Shown one piece after another: positions 6,180 to 15,038 of a stretch of DNA of 44,211 bases. The notes beneath the pieces are model-generated. The model saw nothing but the letters and a program-made list of their open reading frames with translations, ran no database searches and had not been told where the DNA came from. The position numbers and the translations under genes were made by a program. Position 1 is the first letter of the stretch; each line of letters opens with the position of its first letter. Origin of the DNA: a virus; the IMG/VR virus record IMGVR_UViG_3300032030_000149. One strand, given 5' to 3'.

Positions 6180-7120
6180 TGGCAAGAATCGGTTTAATAG
6201 ACGTTGATGGGAAAGGCTTCCCAAACATACCGTTGATGAAATTATCGGCGTGGCACAAGGGGAAAGGCGATGAAGTTCAATGGTACGAACCGATGTTTTC
6301 TGGCCATTTTGACAGGGTTTATTTGTCAAAAGTATTTTCGTTTACTAACGATTATCAATACCCAATCAATGCAGACGTTGTAATACGTGGTGGTACGGGT
6401 TATTGCATAAATATTAAAGACGGAAAAGAAATATTTGATTGTTGTAAAAACAATAATTTGCCGCATGATGTAGAGCATATTTATCCGGATTATTCAATCT
6501 ATCCAAAATTGACTAAGGACACGGCGTTTGGATTTTTAACGAGAGGTTGTCCGCGGGGTTGCGAATTTTGCATTGTTGGGAAAAAAGAGGGACAAAGATC
6601 ATTTAAAGTTGCTGATTTGAGTGAATTTTGGTCTGGCCAACGTAAAATAATACTATGTGATCCTAATATTTTAGCTTGCGACGAATGGCAGGATTTGTTT
6701 CAACAACTTATTGATTCCGTTTCAGAAATTGATTTCAACCAAGGTTTGGATATTCGTTTAATGACGGAAGAAAAAGCCAAAATGTTGAATAAAATAAAAA
6801 TAAAAGAAATTCACTTTGCTTGGGATCGGTACAAAGACAAGGAATTGATATTGAATAAACTTGAATTGTTCGCATCGTTAACAAATCAAAACATAAACGG
6901 CCACCATGCAATAGTTTATACAATCGTAAACTTTGACACCACAATAGAACAAGATTTGGAACGTATCTATATTTTGCGTGATTTGGGTTTTTGGCCTTAT
7001 GTGATGATTTACGATAAATCACATTGCAAACAAGTTTACAAGGACATGCAAAGATGGGTTAACAACAGAATCATTTTTGGTAAGTGTAAAAGATTTAAAG
7101 ATTATAATAGAAGTTATTAA
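6179..7120 (+). CDS. Radical SAM enzyme (313 aa)
   Basis: The CX3CX2C cluster motif is in FLTRGCPRGCEFCIVGKKEG. The N-terminal RIGLIDVD…FPNIPLMKLSAWHKGKGDEV resembles the B12-binding-like domain of class B radical SAM proteins. TGATG overlap with the upstream gene. Confidence 0.75.
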   Translation: MARIGLIDVDGKGFPNIPLMKLSAWHKGKGDEVQWYEPMFSGHFDRVYLSKVFSFTNDYQYPINADVVIRGGTGYCINIKDGKEIFDCCKNNNLPHDVEHIYPDYSIYPKLTKDTAFGFLTRGCPRGCEFCIVGKKEGQRSFKVADLSEFWSGQRKIILCDPNILACDEWQDLFQQLIDSVSEIDFNQGLDIRLMTEEKAKMLNKIKIKEIHFAWDRYKDKELILNKLELFASLTNQNINGHHAIVYTIVNFDTTIEQDLERIYILRDLGFWPYVMIYDKSHCKQVYKDMQRWVNNRIIFGKCKRFKDYNRSY

Positions 7121-7681
7121 ATGGAAGACAAGATCAGAATAAATTGTGTTATTGGCATTGATCCGGGTGCCAACGGTGGCATTGCCATTTACATACCGGG
7201 ACAAAACACAAAAGTTGCAAAAATGCCAAAGGATATTTCGGATTTGCGAGATTTTTTCGCTTACTATTGCGAAAACTTCAAACCGATTGTTTTTCTCGAA
7301 AAACTATCTGTTCGTCCGGATGATGTCATGGTACAGGGTGACCGGGCCGCGATGGGTAAGATGTATCGCATACAAAAATTGATGGCCAATTTCGAACATT
7401 TGAAAGCGTTGGCGGAAACGTCCGGTGTCCCTTATGTCATGGTCCATCCCATGACATGGCAGACGGGTTTGAATTTGCGCATTCGTGGGCAGCATGAAGA
7501 CAAGGCCGATCGTAAACGCCGTTATCAAGATCATGCAGGAAAGTTGTATCCGGGCGTAAAAGTAACGTTATGGAATGCGGACGCGCTGTTGATCATGCAC
7601 TTTGGACGCTGGGCGTTAATGAACAGACGGCAATGGGTCAAAGAACAGTTGCCGAAACGAGAATATGATAAGTTGTTTTAA
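7121..7681 (+). CDS. RuvC-like Holliday junction resolvase (186 aa)
   Basis: The N-terminal CVIGIDPGANGGIAI motif, with conserved acidic residues further on (VFLEKLS, WNADALLI). Confidence 0.6.
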   Translation: MEDKIRINCVIGIDPGANGGIAIYIPGQNTKVAKMPKDISDLRDFFAYYCENFKPIVFLEKLSVRPDDVMVQGDRAAMGKMYRIQKLMANFEHLKALAETSGVPYVMVHPMTWQTGLNLRIRGQHEDKADRKRRYQDHAGKLYPGVKVTLWNADALLIMHFGRWALMNRRQWVKEQLPKREYDKLF

Positions 7682-7698
7682 TATGTAACGAATAAATC

Positions 7699-8073
7699 AT
7701 GAACGAAATACTACAAAAACGGATTGAGGAAGAGGCAAGAAACTATGCCGACAGCCTCGCATTGCCCGAATGGGACAAACGATCAATACACGCGATCGAC
7801 TTCAAGAAAGGTGCTATTTTCGCCTTGCAGAACCAGTGGATAAGCGTGGATGAAGCGTTGCCAGATGATGACGAAAATGTTTTGCTGACTTTCAATGACG
7901 GACATATCATCGTTGCATACCACAGTGGTAATTATTGGTGGTGGTGTGATGGTTTTGTTTGTGGAATAAAAACAAACGGACAGCCAATGTATTCATCATC
8001 GCAAAGGATTGAGGTTGACGATAATCCAACCCATTGGATTCCTATCCCCAAAATGAAAGGAGGCGAGAAATGA
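7699..8073 (+). CDS. DUF551-like protein (124 aa)
   Basis: The WISVDEALPDDDENVLL … NPTHWIPIP pattern is typical of DUF551. Confidence 0.55.
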   Translation: MNEILQKRIEEEARNYADSLALPEWDKRSIHAIDFKKGAIFALQNQWISVDEALPDDDENVLLTFNDGHIIVAYHSGNYWWWCDGFVCGIKTNGQPMYSSSQRIEVDDNPTHWIPIPKMKGGEK

Positions 8074-8261
8074 CCACTAAAAACATAGTTAACGCAACAA
8101 TAGTTCTTGAATTTGACAATGGCGAATATGCGATTACTGGAACTAAAAACGAAGTTGTGATTGATGTTTGCTGTTCATTGTTAAAGTTTATAAGAATGCC
8201 AGAGGCATACTTTCAGAATTGTTCATTAGCAGAGTTAGACATTGAAGTAGGCGAGGAATGA
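8070..8261 (+). CDS. Hypothetical protein (63 aa)
   Basis: The start MTTKNIV is taken at the ATGA junction with the DUF551 gene stop. Confidence 0.55.
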   Translation: MTTKNIVNATIVLEFDNGEYAITGTKNEVVIDVCCSLLKFIRMPEAYFQNCSLAELDIEVGEE

Positions 8262-8302
8262 GTTTTAATCAGACCAAATAAAATCGATTATTAAATTGTA
8301 TA

Positions 8303-8557
8303 ATGAGAAGATTTTTTGTTATTGTTACTCCCAATTGTTCCCACCGACAATCAATTAAGGTTGGATCAAAGGAGTGTACACAATGCGATGATTTCCTCGG
8401 TGGCATAATCGAAAACTTTGTCGATTGCAAACACGAACCACAACAGGAAAAAAACGTCGTGCAACCGATTATAAAAGAACAGCCGGCAAAGAAACGAGGC
8501 CGTCCAGCGAAAAAGGCCAATTCCAAGCCCGTTAACAAACGCAATCTGAAAAAATGA
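8303..8557 (+). CDS. Small Cys-containing protein with a C-terminal AT-hook (84 aa)
   Basis: KKRGRPAKKANSK has a GRP core flanked by basic residues. Confidence 0.55.
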   Translation: MRRFFVIVTPNCSHRQSIKVGSKECTQCDDFLGGIIENFVDCKHEPQQEKNVVQPIIKEQPAKKRGRPAKKANSKPVNKRNLKK

Positions 8558-8567
8558 TAAATTACAC

Positions 8568-8777
8568 ATGGAAGAAGTCCCTCAAATCGAAGATTTGAAA
8601 AAAATAACGCCAGAACAGGCGGTGGATTACATCCGTTTTGTTGCAACGATGCGACACAATCAACGCCGTTATTTTGCGACCAGAAATCCCCAAGTGTTGG
8701 ATTTGTCGAAACTGATGGAAAGAGATTTGGACGCGCTTAACGATCAGTTGTTGAATCCTTCATTAAAATTGTTTTGA
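8568..8777 (+). CDS. Hypothetical protein (69 aa)
   Basis: ORF track; no motif recognised. Confidence 0.55.
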   Translation: MEEVPQIEDLKKITPEQAVDYIRFVATMRHNQRRYFATRNPQVLDLSKLMERDLDALNDQLLNPSLKLF

Positions 8778-8790
8778 TATTTTTTTGCAT

Positions 8791-8911
8791 TTTTTGAAAA
8801 AAATAAAAAAAACACTTGCAAATTAAAAAATTATCCTTAATTTTGCATCGTGATTGATAAATGATCCAACGCACCGGGGCGTTTTCCCGTGAAAAACAAA
8901 AAAGCAATACG
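8791..8911 (+). promoter_or_regulatory. Promoter-plus-leader element, copy 1 (-33 CTTG 8815-8818; -7 TAATTTTG 8838-8845; leader hairpin CGGG/CCCG 8875-8889)
   Basis: Fits TTTG-N19-TAnnTTTG. About 100 nt are alignable with 40611..40728 and, more loosely, with 42044..42136. Confidence 0.7.
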
Positions 8912-10288
8912 ATGTACATTAAAAGATTGGAATTACTGAATTTCCAAGTTATCAAAGAGTTTTCCGCCGACTTTGACGGAACTGTTTATTTCGTGACCGG
9001 CGACAACGAATTGGGTAAATCCACGTTGTTAAAGGCCATTGGCGCATTATTGACCGGCCAACGCGACGACGTGTTGCGAAACGGCGCGTCAAAGGGCTTT
9101 GCCAAAATGGTCGTGGGCGACGACGGAGAAGAATACGACGTACAATTGTCGTTCACGGAAGCGAACCCGCGTGGAACCCTTACAATCAAACAGAAAACAA
9201 CCGGGATGGCGACCAACAACGTTTCGATGTTGCAACGCATTTTCGGGTATCAAGATTTCGACGCCGTGGAATTTTCCCGATGGTCCGAAACCGCCGAGGG
9301 CCGACGCAAACAAATTGCCGTGGTAAAGTCCCTGTTGGCACCGCAAATCCGTGAACGCATTGAAGAAATCGACAAGGAGGTTTCCGGACTGAAAACTGAA
9401 CGCACCGGGATCAACCGTGATGTCAAAACGTTTGCCGGATTCGTTGAAACAATGGAACGACAATTGGAGCCGGGCGATATTGAGCGATACGCCAAACCTG
9501 TTGATGTTACGGAGTTGATGGAAAAGCAACGCACGAATGCCGCGTTGATCGAGAAGGCCAAGACGGTACGTGCCTCACTTGCACTTCGAACGGAACAATT
9601 GGAAGCAATCCCGGGACGTGAGCGTAAGATCGACGAAGATTTAGCCGCTAAAAAGGCCGAACTTGAAGCCCGTGTTGAAGAAGCGAGAATCGCCTATGAA
9701 GAAGCGCTTGCGCAGGCAAAAAACGATCGTGAAAACTTGAAAAAGGAAAAAGCAGATCTTGAAACACGCAAGTCGAACGCAGAAGAATGGTTGAGAAAGT
9801 ATGAAGAAAACAACCCGGAAAAGACGGATGTTCCGCAACTACTTGAACAGGCGGAAGCCCACAATAAGAAACATTCGTTGGTTGAGCAATACAGGGAGAA
9901 GAAACAACAATACGATGCTGTTACGGCCAAGGCCGGAGAAATGGACGAAAAGATTGATTCATTGGGCAAGGAACGCGCCAATTTGATTTCTTCCGCAGAA
10001 TTGCCGATTGATGGGTTGACCTTTACGGACGATGGTCTGGAATTGAACGGCGTGCCGTTTGTTCCCGGCAAGGTTTCTGATTCACAGGTAATGGAGATCG
10101 CGGCAAAACTTATCATCGCCTGCAATCCAAAAGTCAAGGTGTTCAGGATCGCACGCGGAGAATCGTTGGGCGCAAAGCGTCTTGAAACGATCATTGACAT
10201 TGCTAAACGAAACGGTTTCCAAGGTTTCATTGAGCAGGTACAACGTGGACAAACTGAAATGTTGGTCGAGGAATACACGGAAAAATAA
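8912..10288 (+). CDS. SMC/Rad50/RecF-like AAA ATPase with central coiled coil (458 aa)
   Basis: N-terminus MYIKRLELLNFQ…, Walker A GDNELGKST, a long Glu/Lys/Ala-rich coiled-coil middle, and a C-terminal …SDSQVMEIAAKLIIA…KVFRIARGESL (signature/Walker-B-like). The track start at 8861 lies inside the conserved non-coding leader. Confidence 0.75.
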   Translation: MYIKRLELLNFQVIKEFSADFDGTVYFVTGDNELGKSTLLKAIGALLTGQRDDVLRNGASKGFAKMVVGDDGEEYDVQLSFTEANPRGTLTIKQKTTGMATNNVSMLQRIFGYQDFDAVEFSRWSETAEGRRKQIAVVKSLLAPQIRERIEEIDKEVSGLKTERTGINRDVKTFAGFVETMERQLEPGDIERYAKPVDVTELMEKQRTNAALIEKAKTVRASLALRTEQLEAIPGRERKIDEDLAAKKAELEARVEEARIAYEEALAQAKNDRENLKKEKADLETRKSNAEEWLRKYEENNPEKTDVPQLLEQAEAHNKKHSLVEQYREKKQQYDAVTAKAGEMDEKIDSLGKERANLISSAELPIDGLTFTDDGLELNGVPFVPGKVSDSQVMEIAAKLIIACNPKVKVFRIARGESLGAKRLETIIDIAKRNGFQGFIEQVQRGQTEMLVEEYTEK

Positions 10289-10342
10289 TGGACTATACCC
10301 GGGGTTGTCGTTGGCGGCTCCGGGTTGTTAAATTAAAGCGAA

Positions 10343-10777
10343 ATGGACTACAAAACCGCATTGAATGTCATTAAGAACGTTGACAAAATCCGTTCATGTA
10401 AGGCATTGCAGGGCGTTTCTGTTGAACAACTGATCAACTCGGAACGTTATCGCAACAATATTGCTGCATATCTTAAAGAGCAACAGGAAACGAGAAAAAC
10501 AACGATCGCATCATACAAGGCGATGCACAAGTTGGGCGGTCCAAAAGGTTATAAGTTGCCGGCGCACGTTGTTGATCATTTCATTAACTGGACGGTTGAC
10601 ATGTTTGTTGCCGAGTTTATCAATGTGCTTGCAAAGTGTTCCGAATTGAGTTTTGCAGAACGTCAATACATTGAACAATTGGGGAAACAAGCCTACAACT
10701 TGACCGTTGCGCAATATGTCATTGAGGAATTCCCGGAATTGGAAACCGAATTATTGAACAAGTCCAACGCCAATTGA
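10343..10777 (+). CDS. Hypothetical protein (144 aa)
   Basis: ORF track; no motif recognised. Confidence 0.65.
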   Translation: MDYKTALNVIKNVDKIRSCKALQGVSVEQLINSERYRNNIAAYLKEQQETRKTTIASYKAMHKLGGPKGYKLPAHVVDHFINWTVDMFVAEFINVLAKCSELSFAERQYIEQLGKQAYNLTVAQYVIEEFPELETELLNKSNAN

Positions 10778-10778
10778 C

Positions 10779-11183
10779 ATGAAAACGCAAAAGATAAGTG
10801 AATCTGGATTGATCGGAACTGATGGCCGTTTGCGTATGCCGATGGACAGGTTGAATGAATGGTTTGCACAACACAAGGGCGAGCGTGTTGTTATCCGTTT
10901 CGAAGCGGCCGCGCCCGGATCAAGCGAACTTCAATTGGCTTATTATTTCAACTATATTGTTCCAACGATCCAAACGGCCCTACTTGAAACAGGCGAACGG
11001 AAGACTGAAAAACAGGTCGATTTATGGCTACGCCAGCAATGCGGATCGTGCTACAACGATTACGGTGGATTGTTGGAAGCCCGGCAAATTTCCAAACCGG
11101 ATTTTTCCGATTTTTTAGAGTGGCTTAAACAGTTTGCCGCAGAAAACCTTTATGTTTATATAGAAGATCCAAGAACAATTTAA
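10779..11183 (+). CDS. Hypothetical protein (134 aa); weak NinB/Orf-like flavour
   Basis: ORF track. The pattern …GSSELQLAYYFNYIVPTIQTALLETG…QVDLWLRQ only loosely recalls lambda NinB. Confidence 0.6.
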   Translation: MKTQKISESGLIGTDGRLRMPMDRLNEWFAQHKGERVVIRFEAAAPGSSELQLAYYFNYIVPTIQTALLETGERKTEKQVDLWLRQQCGSCYNDYGGLLEARQISKPDFSDFLEWLKQFAAENLYVYIEDPRTI

Positions 11184-11196
11184 AAGCGATACGAAA

Positions 11197-12033
11197 ATGA
11201 CAATTAAAGATGTTTTGGTGTTTGACACTGAAACGACCGGTTTGCCCGAAAAAAAGGCGAAATGGGACGTTGACTATATGGAATTTCCACACATCGTTCA
11301 ACTTGCATGGATTCACGGATGCAAGGAAGAAAACCACATCATCAGGCCCGAAGGTTGGGAAATACCACAAGAAACCGTCGAAATCCACGGAATCACCACG
11401 GAATATGCGTTGGAACACGGAGAACCGTTTGCCGCCGTCGTGGATATGTTCATACAGGATTGCCACGATGCCGGTTTGATTTGCGGCCACAATATCTATT
11501 TTGACACAAGTTTCGTCAAGGCAAATATATTGAGGGAATTAGGACGGGAATACTACGAAGCGAACGATGTTGAATCCGCCTTGCACAAAGGAAAGAGAAT
11601 TGACACGATGCGTGCGACTGTCAAGTGGGTTGATGCCAGGACTCCATCCGGGATGAAGAAGTGGCCAAAACTTGAAGAATTGTATTCGCGTTGTTTCCCT
11701 GGCGAAACATTTCCGGCGCATGATGCGTTGGAGGATGTAAAGGCCGTTGCACGTTGTTTGCCTTTGTTGGTTGAACGTGGATTGGTTGAATTGAAATTGA
11801 AGGAGTACGACAACATAGAAGTGGAGAATGAAAGTACGACAGCCGCAACAATCGCATCTGAATCGGCAAAGAAGTTTGGAACGGGTCCGGAAAAGGCCGG
11901 AAACGGCCAAAATACAAACGCAAAACATCAAAATGATATATTAATCATCCGGCAAACGAAAACGCCGCAAATCGGAGATTTTGTAAAAATAACCGATGTT
12001 GCTGCCGAGTTGTTGGAACAAAACGATTTTTAA
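11197..12033 (+). CDS. DnaQ-like 3'-5' exonuclease (DEDDh) with a C-terminal extension (278 aa)
   Basis: Exo I VFDTETTGL, Exo II GHNIYFDTSF, Exo III AHDALEDVKAV. Confidence 0.8.
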   Translation: MTIKDVLVFDTETTGLPEKKAKWDVDYMEFPHIVQLAWIHGCKEENHIIRPEGWEIPQETVEIHGITTEYALEHGEPFAAVVDMFIQDCHDAGLICGHNIYFDTSFVKANILRELGREYYEANDVESALHKGKRIDTMRATVKWVDARTPSGMKKWPKLEELYSRCFPGETFPAHDALEDVKAVARCLPLLVERGLVELKLKEYDNIEVENESTTAATIASESAKKFGTGPEKAGNGQNTNAKHQNDILIIRQTKTPQIGDFVKITDVAAELLEQNDF

Positions 12034-12034
12034 C

Positions 12035-12205
12035 ATGGCATCTAAAACAGTAACGTTCTACAATACGCCAAGTTTTTACCTCGAATACACTAAAAACTGG
12101 TTGGAGCAGAAAAAGTCACAGAAAGTGAATCCGGCGGAAATCGCCGTGATTTCGGATATATGCAAATTGGTCGAAATCGCCGTTGGCGTATTGGACCCTG
12201 TATAG
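12035..12205 (+). CDS. Hypothetical protein (56 aa)
   Basis: The ATG lies 1 nt after the upstream stop. The track ORF 11996 start overlaps the exonuclease gene. Confidence 0.45.
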   Translation: MASKTVTFYNTPSFYLEYTKNWLEQKKSQKVNPAEIAVISDICKLVEIAVGVLDPV

Positions 12206-12237
12206 TCAGAAACTGCAACAAAACAAAACTAACTATC

Positions 12238-12834
12238 ATGTCAGAAAAACCATTACAGACACCAAGTGAAAAGAATTTCAATCTTTCAAAGGTGAAGTTG
12301 AACCCTAATGGAGGTTTGAAAGCAGAGTATCAAATTACGGAAACTGTTGGCGGAGAGCCTTCTGTTACCGATTACAACGCTTCCGTAACGCGTGACATCC
12401 ACCCGGATTTGCGTGGGCTTTTTGAGGATCTTAGACCTATCGTTGCGCGTGTCTTCAACATCACTTCGTTTCTTACATTGCTTGAATCTGTGGAAATGAA
12501 GGCCACGAAACAACAGAAGGAAAACGCCCGTTCATTTGCCGACGAGTTGATCCAAAAAATTGACGTTCGCGGCTTGTCATGGTCAGGAACAGAAGACAAT
12601 GTTGGCATCGTCATCACGTCGGTTTTCGAAACGCAAAACGGTTTGAAAACTTGCATCAATACACCGAGAATTAAGATTGGCCAAATCTCGTTCGGCTTTG
12701 AAGAAGAGTTGGAACAGATTGTCGATCTGGTCAAGAAAGAGGTTTACGAATTTCTTTTTAACGGGAAACAGGCCCAATTGTCCTTGTTCGGAGACACGCC
12801 GGATAACGGTAATGTTGACGAAAATCCGATGTAA
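12238..12834 (+). CDS. Hypothetical protein (198 aa)
   Basis: The internal ATG MSEKPLQ was chosen because it sits after the upstream stop in an A-rich context. Confidence 0.65.
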   Translation: MSEKPLQTPSEKNFNLSKVKLNPNGGLKAEYQITETVGGEPSVTDYNASVTRDIHPDLRGLFEDLRPIVARVFNITSFLTLLESVEMKATKQQKENARSFADELIQKIDVRGLSWSGTEDNVGIVITSVFETQNGLKTCINTPRIKIGQISFGFEEELEQIVDLVKKEVYEFLFNGKQAQLSLFGDTPDNGNVDENPM

Positions 12835-12835
12835 T

Positions 12836-13264
12836 ATGGAACCGATTGTTATTGACACCCAAGAATTGTATGATCTTGCGCGCCAACGGGGTTATGAACC
12901 GTTGTGCGACCGCCGTTTTGCGGTTGAAATCAATTTGAGGGTGTCAATACAACGGTCGTTATTCGGAAGGGGACACGCGCCGGAAGAAAACGAACGGTTT
13001 TACCGTTTTTGTTGGGAACATTACCCGCATGTATGTTCCGAAACGATGCGGCCGTTGCATGAATATTCGGCGGCGTATGTTTCGCACATTCTGACACGCG
13101 GCGCACACCCGGAAATGGCACATGACCCGCGCAATGTCAACATTCTTTGTTGGGAAATGCACAACAGATGGGAAAACGGCGACCGGCAAAACATGAGAAT
13201 ATACAGATCTAACATGCTAATTTGTGAACAATTAAAAAAAGAATATGAAACCATTGGATTTTGA
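12836..13264 (+). CDS. His-Me finger (HNH-like) nuclease candidate (142 aa)
   Basis: SHILTRGAHPEMAHDPRNVNILCWEMHNRWENG fits H…N…H spacing. The ATG lies 1 nt after the upstream stop. Confidence 0.5.
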   Translation: MEPIVIDTQELYDLARQRGYEPLCDRRFAVEINLRVSIQRSLFGRGHAPEENERFYRFCWEHYPHVCSETMRPLHEYSAAYVSHILTRGAHPEMAHDPRNVNILCWEMHNRWENGDRQNMRIYRSNMLICEQLKKEYETIGF

Positions 13265-13496
13265 TGGCGTTAACGTCATTTTCGGCACGAACCAACCGGA
13301 ATATCAACCGTTGCCCGGCGAATGCATTGGCAAGCCGGAAACCGGCCAAGTGATTACATGTTGGGGGTTGGATGCTGATGAACTTAAAATCGTACAGGAA
13401 ACCGGAAGAATTTTTGTTTCGGTTTTGACGTTCGGTCAACGTTTGCAGCCAATATTATGTTCGGTTGTCAAACCAACACCATACGATCCGGAATGA
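13245..13496 (+). CDS. Hypothetical protein (83 aa)
   Basis: ORF track; 20-nt overlap with the upstream gene. Confidence 0.6.
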   Translation: MKPLDFDGVNVIFGTNQPEYQPLPGECIGKPETGQVITCWGLDADELKIVQETGRIFVSVLTFGQRLQPILCSVVKPTPYDPE

Positions 13497-13813
13497 AACA
13501 GGATTGGAACGAAGTAGTGCGAAGATCAATACGTATGGACTTCGCAAATGCGAATTTCAAACGGTATGGAAACGCACCGAAGACACCGCACCCAATCAAT
13601 ACAAAACGTGTCTTGGCAATCAATGAGCGATGCGAATATTACAAGTTCAAAAAACACATTGTCGGACGTTTGGTGCGTATTGTCGAAAATGCGACATCCG
13701 GTGTATGGGTAGAATTTGTCAATGACGAAGACAGAAAGAACCTCAACAACGCGGCCGGATGGTCTGACAAAAAACGCCTGTATCTATTGACAGGACCTAA
13801 ATTTGATGATTGA
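13493..13813 (+). CDS. Hypothetical protein (106 aa)
   Basis: The start MKQDWNE sits at the ATGA junction. Confidence 0.6.
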   Translation: MKQDWNEVVRRSIRMDFANANFKRYGNAPKTPHPINTKRVLAINERCEYYKFKKHIVGRLVRIVENATSGVWVEFVNDEDRKNLNNAAGWSDKKRLYLLTGPKFDD

Positions 13814-13834
13814 AAAACAAAAAAAACAAACACC

Positions 13835-14221
13835 ATGAACAAAATATTTTTGAGAGGAAACGTCGGGCAAGATCCGACAATACACGATTTCGCCAACGGC
13901 GGAAAGGTAGCACAATTCACATTGGCCACAACAGAGAGAGGGTTTACGACACGCGACGGCAAGCAGATTCCGGACGTGACAGACTGGCACAACATTGTTG
14001 TAAAGCAATCGGGATTGGCCAATGTAGTGCAGCAATATGTCAAGAAGGGAACGTCGCTTTTAGTCGTCGGGAAGTCCCGTACAAGATCATACCAAGATAA
14101 TGCCGGGCAAACTCGCTATGTTACGGAAGTCATTGTCGATGAAATGGAATTGTTGAACAGAAAACCGGATCAGTCACAGTCACAAACAACAGGATATGAC
14201 AACGAAGGTTTTATATGGTGA
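13835..14221 (+). CDS. ssb: Single-stranded DNA-binding protein (128 aa)
   Basis: MNKIFLRGNVGQDPTI…GKVAQFTLATTE…TDWHNIVV…YVKKGTSLLVVGKSRTRSYQD…RYVTEVIVDEMELL, the classic OB-fold SSB pattern. Confidence 0.85.
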   Translation: MNKIFLRGNVGQDPTIHDFANGGKVAQFTLATTERGFTTRDGKQIPDVTDWHNIVVKQSGLANVVQQYVKKGTSLLVVGKSRTRSYQDNAGQTRYVTEVIVDEMELLNRKPDQSQSQTTGYDNEGFIW

Positions 14222-14227
14222 ATCATT

Positions 14228-14740
14228 ATGCAGATCAACAAGAAAGACTACAAGCCAGAACAACACGACATGTTTAAGGCATTGACGGTCAAACAGCCGT
14301 ATGCCGATCTACTGACGCGTGTTGTTTACCGTGACGAAAACGGCGAATATCACGCCGAGAAAAAAATCGAGGTAAGAACGCGAAACATCAATTACCGTGG
14401 CGATCTCCTTATTTGTTCGTCTAAAAAACCGAATGACATCCCGGGACGCATGGCCGGCGTAACTTGCGGTTTCGTTGAATTGTACGACGTAAAACCCGTT
14501 GAACAATTCACGGCCGAAGATTGGGCCGCGACTTGCATTCCGGAAAAGGACCGACCAAGTAAGGGTTACGGATGGTTAATGAGGAATCCAAGACGAGTTG
14601 TCGAAATGCCAATCAAAGGTCAACTTGGACTTTACGACATCGTAGTCCCGAAAAATGACATAACGGAATATCCACGCAACGTTGCGATCGGTAACGAAGA
14701 TTGGGAAATAATACAAAAAAGAATTAAGCATGGAAAATAA
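14228..14740 (+). CDS. ASCH domain protein (170 aa)
   Basis: ALTVKQPYADLL…KKIEVRTRNINYRGDLLICSS is the typical ASCH N-terminal pattern. Confidence 0.55.
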   Translation: MQINKKDYKPEQHDMFKALTVKQPYADLLTRVVYRDENGEYHAEKKIEVRTRNINYRGDLLICSSKKPNDIPGRMAGVTCGFVELYDVKPVEQFTAEDWAATCIPEKDRPSKGYGWLMRNPRRVVEMPIKGQLGLYDIVVPKNDITEYPRNVAIGNEDWEIIQKRIKHGK

Positions 14741-15038
14741 TTGGGAAAATAAATTGACCGCATTTGATGCGCAATTATGCAAGATGGTTGAATCATTGAC
14801 CAAACTGCCGTGTGAACCGAAATTCGGTGGAGATCATTACATCATCGAAGTTGATTACGGAACCAGTGATCCGCAGTTTGTGTCCGCCGTCTGGCTTGCC
14901 ATCGAAGGCCGCGCCGGTGCTCGTTTGCAGGATATGAAAGATGATCCGGAACGCCATTGTTTGGTGGCCCGGATCATGTTCCACAAAGGAAGATGCAAAG
15001 ACGCGGCGTTTGTCCCTAAAATTGAAACTGAATCATGA
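14730..15038 (+). CDS. Hypothetical protein (102 aa)
   Basis: ORF track. Confidence 0.6.
   Translation: MENNWENKLTAFDAQLCKMVESLTKLPCEPKFGGDHYIIEVDYGTSDPQFVSAVWLAIEGRAGARLQDMKDDPERHCLVARIMFHKGRCKDAAFVPKIETES

Noticed and set aside
8861-8911. Upstream ATG giving a 475-aa version of the SMC-like ATPase (MIQRTGAFSREKQKSNT-MYIKRL…)
   Set aside because: The extra 17 codons lie in the leader that is conserved at the nucleotide level with copy 2 (40701-40728). There the ATG is at a different position and in a different frame. MYIKRLELLNFQ is the canonical N-terminus for this ATPase class.
8737-8955. Similar-looking minus-strand ORFs at 8737..8955 and 40463..40774 (…QSRCKIKDNFLICKCFFYFF… / …QPRCKITTLFLIIKCFFLFF…)
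   Set aside because: Their similarity is a by-product of the duplicated AT-rich promoter/leader element. They are low-complexity and span a promoter and a leader.
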